DNA from: an uncultured Clostridiaceae bacterium
GTDB taxonomy: Bacteria > Bacillota > Clostridia > TANB77 > CAG-465
NCBI GenBank assembly: GCA_964371585.1
Contig: CAYJMD010000005.1
Coordinates: 8,072 to 72,071, forward strand
Length of the DNA: 64,000 nt
Reading direction: 5' to 3'
Shown: positions 39,303 through 48,954 of the stretch, piece by piece
How positions within the stretch are numbered: position 1 is the first letter of the stretch
Layout: each line of letters begins with the position of its first letter
The notes under the pieces: generated by a model
Database searches by the model: none
What the model saw: only the letters and a program-made list of their open reading frames with translations
Told to the model about the DNA's origin: nothing
Made by a program: the position numbers and the translations under genes

Positions 39303-40559
39303 TTATTTGTTCTCTTTTTTCTTTCTTAGAATATCTCCTGTTTGAACTTCAAAAGGAATTTCAATTTGAACAAGTTGACCTTTCACTCCTGGATTTATTG
39401 TAGGTATTTCCTCACTAGTTTTTATATCATAAAGTTTTGTTATATTAAATTTAACTTCATCAATTGTATCTGCATAAACTATTTCTAGTTCATCACCTAT
39501 ATTCAATTTGTTTTTAATTTCAATAATATATACATTATTCTCCACTTTTTCATTTACTCTACCTGCAAATTCATATTCTAAATTTTCACTTTGGCCATCT
39601 AAATCATGAATATCTTGATTTGAATCATCTGAAAAATAGAATTCAGATAACCCTCTCGTTTTTACTTTTTTTAATTCTTTTAAGTATTTAGAAGCGTCAT
39701 ATAAATGAGCTTTATTTTCTTGTCTTAATTTAATATATTCATCAATAGCTTGTCTATATGAACGAACAACCGTTGCTAAATAATATTCTGTTTTTAATCT
39801 TCCCTCAATTTTTAAACTTTCAATACCCATATCAACTATTGTTGGTATGCTATTTATTAAACACATATCTTTTGAAGAAAATAAATATGTACCTTTTTCA
39901 TCAAAATCTAAATTAATAACACTATCTTTATTATTAACTTCTGTAGCAGTTATATTATACTGCCATCTACAAGACTGAGCACAATCTCCTAAATTAGCAC
40001 ATCTATTAGATAAGTATTTACTTAAGTAACATCTTCCTGAATATGCAAAACATATTGCTCCATGTATAAAAGTTTCGATTTCTAATCCCTCTGGTTTGTT
40101 TTTCATTATATGTTCTATTTTTTCTTTACTAAGTTCACGTGCTAGTACAACTCTTTTAGCTCCAAATGTATGCCAAAACTTACAAGCCTCTAAACTTACA
40201 GTATTAGCCTGTGTACTAATGTGTATCTCCATGTTTGGTGCAACTTCTTTAATTTTAGTTATAACTCCAACATCACTAGCAATTATAGCATCTGCTCCAA
40301 TTTCTTCTAATTTTTTAACTTCTTTTTCAATTTCTATATAATCTTCATCTTGTGCATATATATTAAGAGCAACATATACTTTTTTTCCTATACTATGTGC
40401 ATATTTTATTGTTTCCTCTAAAGAATCAGTATCAATCTCACTTCTAGTTCGAAGTGATAATTTTGAAGTTCCTGCATATACTGCATCTGCTCCATATTTA
40501 AAAGCTATTTTAGCTTTTTCTAAACTCCCAGCCGGAGCTAATAATTCTGGTATTTTCAT
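39303..40559 (-). CDS. Peptidase U32 family protein
   Basis: 418 aa. PELLAPAGSLEKAKIAFKYGADAVY and the Cys-rich GAICFAYSGRCYLS...CRW region typical of U32. Confidence 0.85.
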   Translation of the reverse strand: MKIPELLAPAGSLEKAKIAFKYGADAVYAGTSKLSLRTRSEIDTDSLEETIKYAHSIGKKVYVALNIYAQDEDYIEIEKEVKKLEEIGADAIIASDVGVITKIKEVAPNMEIHISTQANTVSLEACKFWHTFGAKRVVLARELSKEKIEHIMKNKPEGLEIETFIHGAICFAYSGRCYLSKYLSNRCANLGDCAQSCRWQYNITATEVNNKDSVINLDFDEKGTYLFSSKDMCLINSIPTIVDMGIESLKIEGRLKTEYYLATVVRSYRQAIDEYIKLRQENKAHLYDASKYLKELKKVKTRGLSEFYFSDDSNQDIHDLDGQSENLEYEFAGRVNEKVENNVYIIEIKNKLNIGDELEIVYADTIDEVKFNITKLYDIKTSEEIPTINPGVKGQLVQIEIPFEVQTGDILRKKKENK

Positions 40560-40607
40560 TTATTTATTCGTGTATAACTATATTGTTATACTCTCCTTTC
40601 ATTTTAA

Positions 40608-41339
40608 TTAATTAGTAATCATCCAAATAAGATCACTAACACCTGTATTTATTGCCATACAAAGGCCTATATACATATCAATAATAACTTGTGGATCTAC
40701 AACCATTATTATAAATGTAGCTATTACTATGAACGGTCCAAAAGGTATATAGCTTTGACCATCTTTTTTCTTAATAATCATTAGTATTCCACCTATTATC
40801 GCACCAATAAAGAAAGATACTAATGATACAACAAGAATAGTCTTAACTCCAAATATAAAACCAAGAGCTGCCATTAACTTTACGTCACCAAATCCCATGC
40901 CTTCTTTTTTATAAATAATGAGTGCGAGTAGAGCAATAGCAAAAAAGATTCCTCCTCCTGTTAACGCACCTAGTATCGCTGATATTACTGTCATATCTGT
41001 AACAATAATATTCATAATCCCTAACATTGCAAGAGCTATATGTGCTTCATCTGGAATAAGTTGTATTTTGTAATCTATTACAAAAACTATAACTAAGATA
41101 GATGATATTATAATATATAGATAAGTTAAAAAATCCACTCCTAAAAAATATGTCAACATATTGCTTATTATCAACATAATAATACTATATATATAATCAA
41201 CTTTAAAATCTTTTAAAATAGTAGAAAAAAACTCTTTATATGTAATTTCTTCAGCTACAACAGGTGGCATTTTTTTATTTAAATGACCTATAACCTGTCC
41301 TAGTAATATAGCAATAATATTTATTATAAATATGTTCAT
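40608..41339 (-). CDS. A24-family prepilin peptidase, catalytic domain only (no N-terminal Cys-motif domain)
   Basis: 243 aa, multi-TM. Both catalytic Asp contexts are present (VIDYKIQLIPDE and GMGFGDVKLMAALG). No CxxC...CxxC region. Start overlaps the yqeG stop by 4 nt. Confidence 0.8.
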   Translation of the reverse strand: MNIFIINIIAILLGQVIGHLNKKMPPVVAEEITYKEFFSTILKDFKVDYIYSIIMLIISNMLTYFLGVDFLTYLYIIISSILVIVFVIDYKIQLIPDEAHIALAMLGIMNIIVTDMTVISAILGALTGGGIFFAIALLALIIYKKEGMGFGDVKLMAALGFIFGVKTILVVSLVSFFIGAIIGGILMIIKKKDGQSYIPFGPFIVIATFIIMVVDPQVIIDMYIGLCMAINTGVSDLIWMITN

Positions 41340-41842
41340 TTATGGCCTACTTTCTTTTTTAAACGTTTTTTTATAATCATTGTTTCTACCGGCCTTTTTA
41401 TTCTTGTAATTATAGCTTCTTTATTTTCTATAGGACTTACTAATATAGTTTTTATGCCATATGAATTTCCACCTAAAATGTCAGTAAATATTTGATCACC
41501 AACAATCGCCATATTATCTTTGTCAGTAGCTAGTAAAGCTTCTGCTTTTTTAAACCCTTTTAAAAGAGGTTTCATTGCCATATTTATATAATTAACTCCA
41601 AGTTGTTTTGCTATTTGTTTAACTTTTTCAGTTTTAAAAGAATTACTTAATATACAAACTTTTATTCCTTGTTTTTTCAAAGACTTAATCCAAGATTTAA
41701 CATTTTTATTTAATATATAATCACTACCAACTAGTGTATTATCCATATCAAACATAACTGCTTTTATTCTATTAGCTTCAAAAAAATTAAGCGGAATTTC
41801 TTCAACTCTATCATATACAAAATCCGGATACATTTTTTTCAT
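41336..41842 (-). CDS. yqeG: YqeG-family HAD-IIIA phosphatase
   Basis: AVMFDMDNTLV (DxDxT), ILSNS, VGDQIFTDILGGN. Start set to ATG 41842 (SD AGGAGGAA). Confidence 0.8.
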   Translation of the reverse strand: MKKMYPDFVYDRVEEIPLNFFEANRIKAVMFDMDNTLVGSDYILNKNVKSWIKSLKKQGIKVCILSNSFKTEKVKQIAKQLGVNYINMAMKPLLKGFKKAEALLATDKDNMAIVGDQIFTDILGGNSYGIKTILVSPIENKEAIITRIKRPVETMIIKKRLKKKVGHK

Positions 41843-42089
41843 AATCTGAATTCCTCCTACTATATATATTACCACGTTTGTGCACATTTTTCAATATTTT
41901 AGTATTGTTTTTAAGTTATATCATATAAAATTATCAAAAGTAAACAATTTTCGATTTAATTACTAGTACAATAACTAATTATAGTCATTATATTTTTAAA
42001 AAAATTATTAATTTATACAATTTTATCTAAATTTATGGAAAAACTTATAAAATTATGTTATACTAGTATAGAAATTAAGGAGATTAGTT

Positions 42090-43304
42090 ATGGAAAATAA
42101 TAATAAAAATATATATGATGTATTAAAAAGTCGTGATTTAATTAAACAGATTGCATTTGAAGATGAATTTAAAGAATTATCAAAAAATGAGACTTTTTCG
42201 CTATATCTAGGTATAGATCCCACTGCTGACAGTATTCATATTGGTCACTTTATACCACTTATGATGATGTCTCACTTCCAAGCAGCAGGTCATAAGCCAA
42301 TAATTATAGTTGGCGGTGGTACTGCAACAATTGGTGATCCTTCTGGAAAAACTGATATGAGAAAAATGTTAACAAGAGAAGATATTAATAACAATGTTGA
42401 ATCTATAAAAAAACAAGTAGAAAAATTTATTTCTTTTGAAGGAGAAAATGCAGCTATTATCGTTAATAATGCTGATTGGATACTTGCTAAAAATTATCTT
42501 GAATTTATCTCTACAATAGGAGTCCACTTTAATGTAAATAGAATGCTTTCTGCAGAATGTTTTAAGCAGAGAATGGAAAACGGACTTACTTTTTTTGAGA
42601 TGAATTATATGATAATGCAAGCTTATGACTTTTTACACTTATTTGAAAATAATAATTGTAAATTACAAATAGGTGGAGACGATCAATGGTCAAACATGCT
42701 TGCTGGTGTTGATTTAATAAGAAAAATACATAAATCAGGAAGTTTTTGTATTACATGCCCTTTACTTTTAAATTCTGAAGGTAAAAAAATGGGCAAGACA
42801 GTAAGTGGCGCACTATGGCTTAGTAAAGATAAAACTTCTGTTTATGATTTCTATCAATACTGGAGAAATATAAAAGATGATGAAGTATATAATGTTTTAA
42901 GAATGCTTACAAAATTACCTATGGAAGAAGTAACTAGACTTTCAAAATTAGAGGGAAGCGAAATTAATGAAGCTAAAAAAATAGCAGCTTTTGAAATCAC
43001 AAAACTTATTCACTCTGAAGAAGAAGCTTTAAAAGCTAAAGAAGCATCTGAATCATTATTTGAAAACAATTCAAACAATGAAAATATGCCAACAATTACT
43101 ATTTCTAAAGATGAAGTAAACATACTTGATATACTTATTAAATCAAATATAACAACGTCAAAAAGTCAAGGTAGAACTCTTATAAATCAAGGTGGTATCT
43201 TTATAGATGATGTTAAACTATTATCTGATAGTGAATCTATTACAAAAAATGAATTTATACTTAGAAAAGGTAAAAAAACATTTATAAAAATAATTGTTGA
43301 ATAA
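42090..43304 (+). CDS. tyrS: Tyrosine--tRNA ligase
   Basis: 404 aa. HIGH motif (DSIHIGHF), KMSKS-type motif (KKMGKT), C-terminal S4 domain. Confidence 0.95.
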   Translation: MENNNKNIYDVLKSRDLIKQIAFEDEFKELSKNETFSLYLGIDPTADSIHIGHFIPLMMMSHFQAAGHKPIIIVGGGTATIGDPSGKTDMRKMLTREDINNNVESIKKQVEKFISFEGENAAIIVNNADWILAKNYLEFISTIGVHFNVNRMLSAECFKQRMENGLTFFEMNYMIMQAYDFLHLFENNNCKLQIGGDDQWSNMLAGVDLIRKIHKSGSFCITCPLLLNSEGKKMGKTVSGALWLSKDKTSVYDFYQYWRNIKDDEVYNVLRMLTKLPMEEVTRLSKLEGSEINEAKKIAAFEITKLIHSEEEALKAKEASESLFENNSNNENMPTITISKDEVNILDILIKSNITTSKSQGRTLINQGGIFIDDVKLLSDSESITKNEFILRKGKKTFIKIIVE

Positions 43305-43345
43305 AAATACTGCATTATGATGTATTACACTATAATATAAAAAAT

Positions 43346-43383
43346 AAAATTCAGAAATTTACATTCTGAATTTTATTTTTTTA
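43346..43383. terminator. Bidirectional rho-independent terminator
   Basis: 11-bp perfect stem AAAATTCAGAA / TTCTGAATTTT followed by a long T-run. Between convergent tyrS and the kinase gene. Confidence 0.75.
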
Positions 43384-43456
43384 TTATTTAGTTTTTATTT
43401 TTTATTATAAAGCTAGTTTCTCTATCTTTATATCGTAATTTTATCTTCCAATCATT

Positions 43457-44818
43457 TTATCTTGACAAATTAAAATAAAATGTTGTTCCTTTGCCAACTT
43501 CACTTTCAACACCATATTTAAATTTATGAAGTTCTAATATGTTTTTTACTATACTTAACCCTAATCCAGTTCCAAATCCAGATTTTCTATATTTATCATT
43601 TGATTTATAATATCTATCAAATATATGTGTTGTATCCTCAATACCCTTACCATGATCTATAACTTCAACTTTAACTTTATCGATGTTTGGATTATATGTA
43701 GTTTTTATAATAATTTTTTTATCTTCTCCTACATAATTTACAGCATTACTTATTAGATTATATAAAACTTGATTTATTTTTAGTTTATCTGCTAAAACTG
43801 TAGAATTTTCATTACTAAGGTCATTTTGAAATTCAAAATTATAATCTTTCAAATATTCAAAACCTGTTACTATATTTTTTATCTCTTCAGTAATATCAAA
43901 ATGTTCTTTTTTGAGTTCATATACTGTTGTTTCTAGTTTAGACAAGTCCATCATATCACCAATTAATCTAGTTAACAAGTCAGTTTGGTTTATTATAACA
44001 TCTAGATGTTCTTCTCTTTTTTCTTTATTATCACCTGATATGTCTTTAATCATTTCAGAATACGCTTTTATTATCGTTATAGGAGTTTTTATATCATGTG
44101 AAACATTGGCAATTAATTCTTTTCTTAAAGTGTCTGTTTTTTTAAGTTCTTTAGCACTGTAATTTAAAGTGTCTGATAGTGTATTAATTTCATCATATTC
44201 ACTTTTCTCAAAATTAATATCAAGCTCACCTTTACCTAATTTCTTGGCTTGTTTAGTTATCTTGTTAATAGGCTTTATAAGTCTATTAGATATATATAGT
44301 GATAAACCTATAGCTACTAACATAATTAGAAGCGTTATATATACAAGCTGACTTGCTTGTATATTAGTTACTGAACTTATAGGATCAATATTGGCTGTTA
44401 TTACATAGTAATAGTCATCAACATAACTCACATATACTAACCCTCTTGAATTTGCTTCCTTAATATCTACTGTATATGTAGTGTAATACTTATCTGATTT
44501 ATTTAAAGCATTTATAACATCTTCTTTTTTTACTGCAAAAGGAGCTGATGAATTAGTTGAAGAGTATTTAACTTCATCATTTTTATCAAAAATAACTATA
44601 TTAAGAGAATTTTTAAATGCTATTTCATTTAACGTATATATTTTATCATTTTGTTCTATAATCTTAGATATTTCTATAATTTCATTTTCTAACATATGCT
44701 GATAGTATACTGTTATAAAAATAATCTGCATAATCCATACTATAGAAAGTATAATTAGTGTAAAAAATATAAAATATTTAGTTAATTTGCTTTTTATACT
44801 ACTATTTTTCATATTCAA
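43457..44818 (-). CDS. Two-component sensor histidine kinase
   Basis: 453 aa. Two TMs flanking an extracytoplasmic domain, HAMP-like linker, H-box ELIANVSHDIKTP, N/G boxes (LISNAVNY, DHGKGI, GTGLGLSIV). Confidence 0.9.
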   Translation of the reverse strand: MNMKNSSIKSKLTKYFIFFTLIILSIVWIMQIIFITVYYQHMLENEIIEISKIIEQNDKIYTLNEIAFKNSLNIVIFDKNDEVKYSSTNSSAPFAVKKEDVINALNKSDKYYTTYTVDIKEANSRGLVYVSYVDDYYYVITANIDPISSVTNIQASQLVYITLLIMLVAIGLSLYISNRLIKPINKITKQAKKLGKGELDINFEKSEYDEINTLSDTLNYSAKELKKTDTLRKELIANVSHDIKTPITIIKAYSEMIKDISGDNKEKREEHLDVIINQTDLLTRLIGDMMDLSKLETTVYELKKEHFDITEEIKNIVTGFEYLKDYNFEFQNDLSNENSTVLADKLKINQVLYNLISNAVNYVGEDKKIIIKTTYNPNIDKVKVEVIDHGKGIEDTTHIFDRYYKSNDKYRKSGFGTGLGLSIVKNILELHKFKYGVESEVGKGTTFYFNLSR

Positions 44819-45464
44819 ATTTATACCCTACTCCTCTTAGTGTTTTAATTACTTCTCTATATTCACCTAGATTACTCCTAAGTGTTTTTATATGTGTATC
44901 TACTGTTCTATCATCACCAAAAAAATCATATCCCCATACGTTTATTAGTAAATTCTCTCTAGAAAGTGCTATTCCTTTATTTACAATAAAATAAAACAAG
45001 AGATCATACTCTTTAGGTGATAATTTAATTTCTTCATCATTAATTTTCACACATCTTGAAGTTACATCTACATATAATTTTCCAAACTCATGAGTATTAT
45101 GTTTTAATTCTGTTCTGTTAATCACTACTTTAATTCTAGCCATTAATTCCTTAGGACTAAAAGGTTTAGTAACATAATCTTGAATGCCAGAATCAAAACC
45201 TTCAAGCTTATCTTCTTCTTCAGATTTTGCAGTTAGCATTATAATTGGAACTAATGAATCTTGTCTAATTTTTTTAGCACAAGTAATACCATCCATTTTA
45301 GGCATCATAACATCTAATATAACAAGATCAATTTTAGATTTTTTTAAAACATCTAATGCTTCTAATCCATTAGAAGCTTCATACACAGTATACCCTGTCA
45401 TTACCAAATATTCTCTTATTACCTCTCTTATACTTTTATCATCATCTACTATTAATATATTCAT
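44802..45464 (-). CDS. OmpR/PhoB-family response regulator
   Basis: Receiver domain (ILIVDDD ... DLVILDVMMP ... TAK) plus winged-helix domain (LSPKEYDLL...VDTHIKTLRSNLG...TLRGVGYKF). Start set to ATG 45464 (SD AAAGGAGTG). Confidence 0.9.
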   Translation of the reverse strand: MNILIVDDDKSIREVIREYLVMTGYTVYEASNGLEALDVLKKSKIDLVILDVMMPKMDGITCAKKIRQDSLVPIIMLTAKSEEEDKLEGFDSGIQDYVTKPFSPKELMARIKVVINRTELKHNTHEFGKLYVDVTSRCVKINDEEIKLSPKEYDLLFYFIVNKGIALSRENLLINVWGYDFFGDDRTVDTHIKTLRSNLGEYREVIKTLRGVGYKFEYEK

Positions 45465-45559
45465 AAAAACACTCCTTTTAACCATTATATATTATAATTG
45501 TGAAGTTTTGGTGTTGAAAAAACACTTAACATCTAGTAAAAAATGTTAAGTGCTTATTT

Positions 45560-46411
45560 TTATTGTCCATCATAAGTTGTTAAAAAATTATTATACATCA
45601 TTGTAGTTGCTACATCTGTATGTCCTAATATTTCTTGTAATTTTTTAATATCTAATCCATTACTTAGTTGGTGTACTGCAAACGAGTGTCTAATAGTATG
45701 TGGAGTAAGTTCTTTTGTAATGCTTGCACCTTCTTTGTATTGTTTTAATATCTTCCAAAATCCTTGTCTTGTTAATTTTTTACCATTAGCATTTAGGAAT
45801 AATGTATCATCTGTATCAATTTTAGCTAGTAATGGTCTAATATTTTCCATATAAGATCTTAGATAATTAAGTGTAGATTTATTTAACTTAACTGTTCTTG
45901 CAATTTGACCTTTACTAATTTTTACTGTTGCTAGATTTAAACTTATATCACTAGTTTTAAGAGATATTAATTCTGTAACTCTCATACCTGTTGCATATAA
46001 TATATGTAACATTGTTTCATCTCTTCTTCCTTTTAAATCGTTTGCAACTGTTTGTGTTAATAGAGCCTCAATCTCTTTTTTACTAAGTATTGCTGGATCT
46101 TTTTTTTCTACTTTATATGTTTTCACATCTTTTACAATATTTGTCTCTGCTAAATTTTTACTTACTAAATATTTATAGTAAGCTTTTATAGAAGCAGACA
46201 CTCTTGATATTGTAGCATTAGATTTGCCATTTATTCTTAAGTATTCTAAATACTCTTGCATATCTTCTGAATTTAAATAGAATACTTGTTTATTTAATTC
46301 TTCAAAATATTTTTCAAATTTTGTTATATCACGTTCGTAAGATGCTATTGTATTTTTAGCAGCATGTTTTGATTGTAAATAACCTAAAAATTCATCAATA
46401 ATAACTTTCAT
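45560..46411 (-). CDS. Tyrosine site-specific recombinase, XerC/XerD-like
   Basis: RDETMLHILYATGMRVTELISL, HTIRHSFAVHQL, LGHTDVATTMMY (R..HxxR..Y catalytic set). Start set to ATG 46411 (SD GGGAGG). No flanking repeats or cargo seen. Confidence 0.8.
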   Translation of the reverse strand: MKVIIDEFLGYLQSKHAAKNTIASYERDITKFEKYFEELNKQVFYLNSEDMQEYLEYLRINGKSNATISRVSASIKAYYKYLVSKNLAETNIVKDVKTYKVEKKDPAILSKKEIEALLTQTVANDLKGRRDETMLHILYATGMRVTELISLKTSDISLNLATVKISKGQIARTVKLNKSTLNYLRSYMENIRPLLAKIDTDDTLFLNANGKKLTRQGFWKILKQYKEGASITKELTPHTIRHSFAVHQLSNGLDIKKLQEILGHTDVATTMMYNNFLTTYDGQ

Positions 46412-46544
46412 TTTTGAGCCTCCCACTTGACTACATATATTATATATTATTTTGGCTCTATTTGCAACCTTTTTCACATATTTTCATTCAAACTTATGTA
46501 AATTATTAATGATACATCGTTATTCAGGTATTTTTTTATTCTTT

Positions 46545-46796
46545 TTATGTTTTACCGTATTTATTCTTTGTAGCAAGTCCTCCGCGTAAGTGCCTTTCAT
46601 TTTTATTAATTTCTAATATTTTCTTTGCTTCATATGCAAGACTAGGGTTGAATTTCTGTAGACGTTCTGATATATCCTTATGTACTGTAGATTTACTAAT
46701 TTTAAATTCTTTTGCGGCACATCTTACTGTCGTCTTATTTTTAATTATATATACTGCTAATATTTTTGCTCTTTCATCTATATCTGTATATACCAT
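46545..46796 (-). CDS. spoIIID: Sporulation transcriptional regulator SpoIIID
   Basis: 83 aa. ERAKILAVYIIKNKTTVRCAAKEFKISKSTVHKDISERL... closely matches the conserved SpoIIID HTH. Confidence 0.93.
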   Translation of the reverse strand: MVYTDIDERAKILAVYIIKNKTTVRCAAKEFKISKSTVHKDISERLQKFNPSLAYEAKKILEINKNERHLRGGLATKNKYGKT

Positions 46797-46824
46797 ATAA
46801 CCACCTCTATTTAACTTTTACTCT

Positions 46825-47817
46825 CTATATTTTACTTAATGGATCTATAACCACATCTTTATGCAACATCATAAAATGTAGATGGGGTTCATCTAAACTT
46901 TCAATAATAGCAGAATTATCTAATGTACCCACCACACTACCTTTAGTTATTTTTTCTCCTTCTTTTAAATTACTAACAACATTTGAATACACTGTTGTAT
47001 ATTCATCTTCATGAGAAATAACTACTGTATTTCCATATAGCGAATCTGCATATATTTTTTTAATAATACCACTTTCACTTGATATTACACTTTCACCCAT
47101 ATTACCTTTTATATCAATACCATCATGTGTTCTCCACTCATCAAGAGTGATAGAATACAATAATTCGTTTGTAGAATATTCTTTTACAATCTCATTATTT
47201 AATGGCATTATAAAATCGAGCTCAGGCTTATTTGCTATTGTAACCGGACCTATATTAACTTGTTTTTCTATATAATCACTACTTTTAATTTCTTTTGATT
47301 CTGTTTTTTCATCATTTCTAGTATCTGAATTATTCACACTTTCTTCTTGAAAATTATTTGAATTTATTGCCTCAATACCTTGCTGCATTTGAATATAATT
47401 TTCATTATTTAAATTATTATATCCATTATAATTAAAATACATGCTAAAAGATAATATAACTAACATTCCAGACAAAATAAAGTAATATGGCTTCATCATC
47501 TTAAATGAATTACATTTTTCTTTTTTTAATTGTTTTCTTCTCTTTACATGAGAATCATTAGTAATAACTGTTTTTTCTAGATTGTTATAATATTTTTTTA
47601 AACACTTTTCAAACTCTAGCATTTCTTTTTCATAATTATGATTATTAGTTTCATTACTAATATGTTTACTATGTATTTTTAATTTATTAATTGCTTTTTG
47701 TATAGTATTTAATATGTTTTTTAATATAGTATTTATACTTATTTTATTAATATTATTTTTTAATTTATTTACACTTATATTTAATCTTTTGTTTATTTTT
47801 ATTTTCATTCTATTCAC
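46825..47817 (-). CDS. spoIIQ: M23/LytM-domain membrane protein, SpoIIQ-like
   Basis: TM at ~residues 110-130. C-terminal LytM with HxxxD (THDGIDI) and HxH (PHLHF) retained. The position between spoIID and spoIIID matches the order I recall for Clostridioides difficile. Long Lys/Asn-rich N-terminal region. True start uncertain. Confidence 0.6.
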   Translation of the reverse strand: MNRMKIKINKRLNISVNKLKNNINKISINTILKNILNTIQKAINKLKIHSKHISNETNNHNYEKEMLEFEKCLKKYYNNLEKTVITNDSHVKRRKQLKKEKCNSFKMMKPYYFILSGMLVILSFSMYFNYNGYNNLNNENYIQMQQGIEAINSNNFQEESVNNSDTRNDEKTESKEIKSSDYIEKQVNIGPVTIANKPELDFIMPLNNEIVKEYSTNELLYSITLDEWRTHDGIDIKGNMGESVISSESGIIKKIYADSLYGNTVVISHEDEYTTVYSNVVSNLKEGEKITKGSVVGTLDNSAIIESLDEPHLHFMMLHKDVVIDPLSKI

Positions 47818-47820
47818 CTC

Positions 47821-48855
47821 TTAAAATGAACTTATTTTTACAATATCTACACCAGTATAATAGTATTTTATTATATCTTCAAACCCTATATTATTTGAAG
47901 CTAAATAATCACTTCCGACTTGAGACAAACCTACACCATGACCATATCCTATTACATTAAAGATTACCATACCATTTTCTACTCTTAAATCAAAATTAGT
48001 TGATTTAAGTCCAAAAGCAACTCTTAATTTTTCTGCACTTATAGCTACTCCTGCAAAATTAACTTCATTTACCCTTAAACTTGTTGTATAGTCTATAATA
48101 TTTATATTATCACCTGTATAATCTAAAATATAATTAGAATTGATATTTTCTCTTATGTATTTTTCAATATCATTAAAATTTATACTTACACTGCTATATC
48201 TGTTGACATACTCATCACTCTCCACATTTTCCACACTCTTTAAATAGGGATATGATATTTTGCCCCATATTTGATCTACTGATTCTGTTTTTACTGGACT
48301 ACTAGCATGAAAAAATGCTTTTATCAAGTTATTATCATATGTTATAACTAAATCTTGAGTGGTATATACTGCTTCATTAATTTTACTCCAATATTCTTCT
48401 CTTAATTCTTTACTAAATCCCCTTCCTTCCCAGATTTTCATAATTTCATCTTTAGTATGAAATGCTTGGCAATGATTAAAGTCATCACATATATGAGCTT
48501 CATTTAATTCTGCATTATCTTCTATTTTCTTATATGTATAGGTCCTTGCCACAACTGCTTGTGCTTTTAAAGCTTCTATATCATATGATGCAGGCATTTC
48601 AGAGGCTAGAACCCCTCTTAAATAATCATTAAAATCCATTGCAACAACTTCATTATTATCTTTGCTCATCCTTACTAATATTGTCTGATTAGCTTTAAAA
48701 TCAATCAACTCTTTATCAATTTTTTCATTATAATTAATGTTTTTATTTTTTATACTATCAACTTGCCCCATTTTATTTAAAATATTGAAAGATATATTCA
48801 TAAGTATTGATATTATAAGTAAAATAACACATAAAAAAACAAGCTTATTATTCAA
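47821..48855 (-). CDS. spoIID: Stage II sporulation protein D (lytic transglycosylase)
   Basis: 344 aa. YLRGVLASEMPASYDIEALKAQAVVARTY ... ICDDFNHCQAF ... GYGHGVGLSQVG is the typical SpoIID domain. Confidence 0.9.
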   Translation of the reverse strand: MNNKLVFLCVILLIISILMNISFNILNKMGQVDSIKNKNINYNEKIDKELIDFKANQTILVRMSKDNNEVVAMDFNDYLRGVLASEMPASYDIEALKAQAVVARTYTYKKIEDNAELNEAHICDDFNHCQAFHTKDEIMKIWEGRGFSKELREEYWSKINEAVYTTQDLVITYDNNLIKAFFHASSPVKTESVDQIWGKISYPYLKSVENVESDEYVNRYSSVSINFNDIEKYIRENINSNYILDYTGDNINIIDYTTSLRVNEVNFAGVAISAEKLRVAFGLKSTNFDLRVENGMVIFNVIGYGHGVGLSQVGSDYLASNNIGFEDIIKYYYTGVDIVKISSF

Positions 48856-48954
48856 TATATATCACCTTAATAATATATATTCATAAGCTTGTCTTTTTAT
48901 TCATATTTTATTTAACTATTTTTTCAATTTTTATTTTTTTTGATATCATTTATA

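Noticed and set aside
45560-46411. Tyrosine recombinase as a marker of a mobile element
   Set aside because: The sequence is XerC/XerD-like throughout. It is flanked by a two-component system and spoIIID, with no cargo, repeats or excisionase. It is more likely the chromosome dimer-resolution recombinase.
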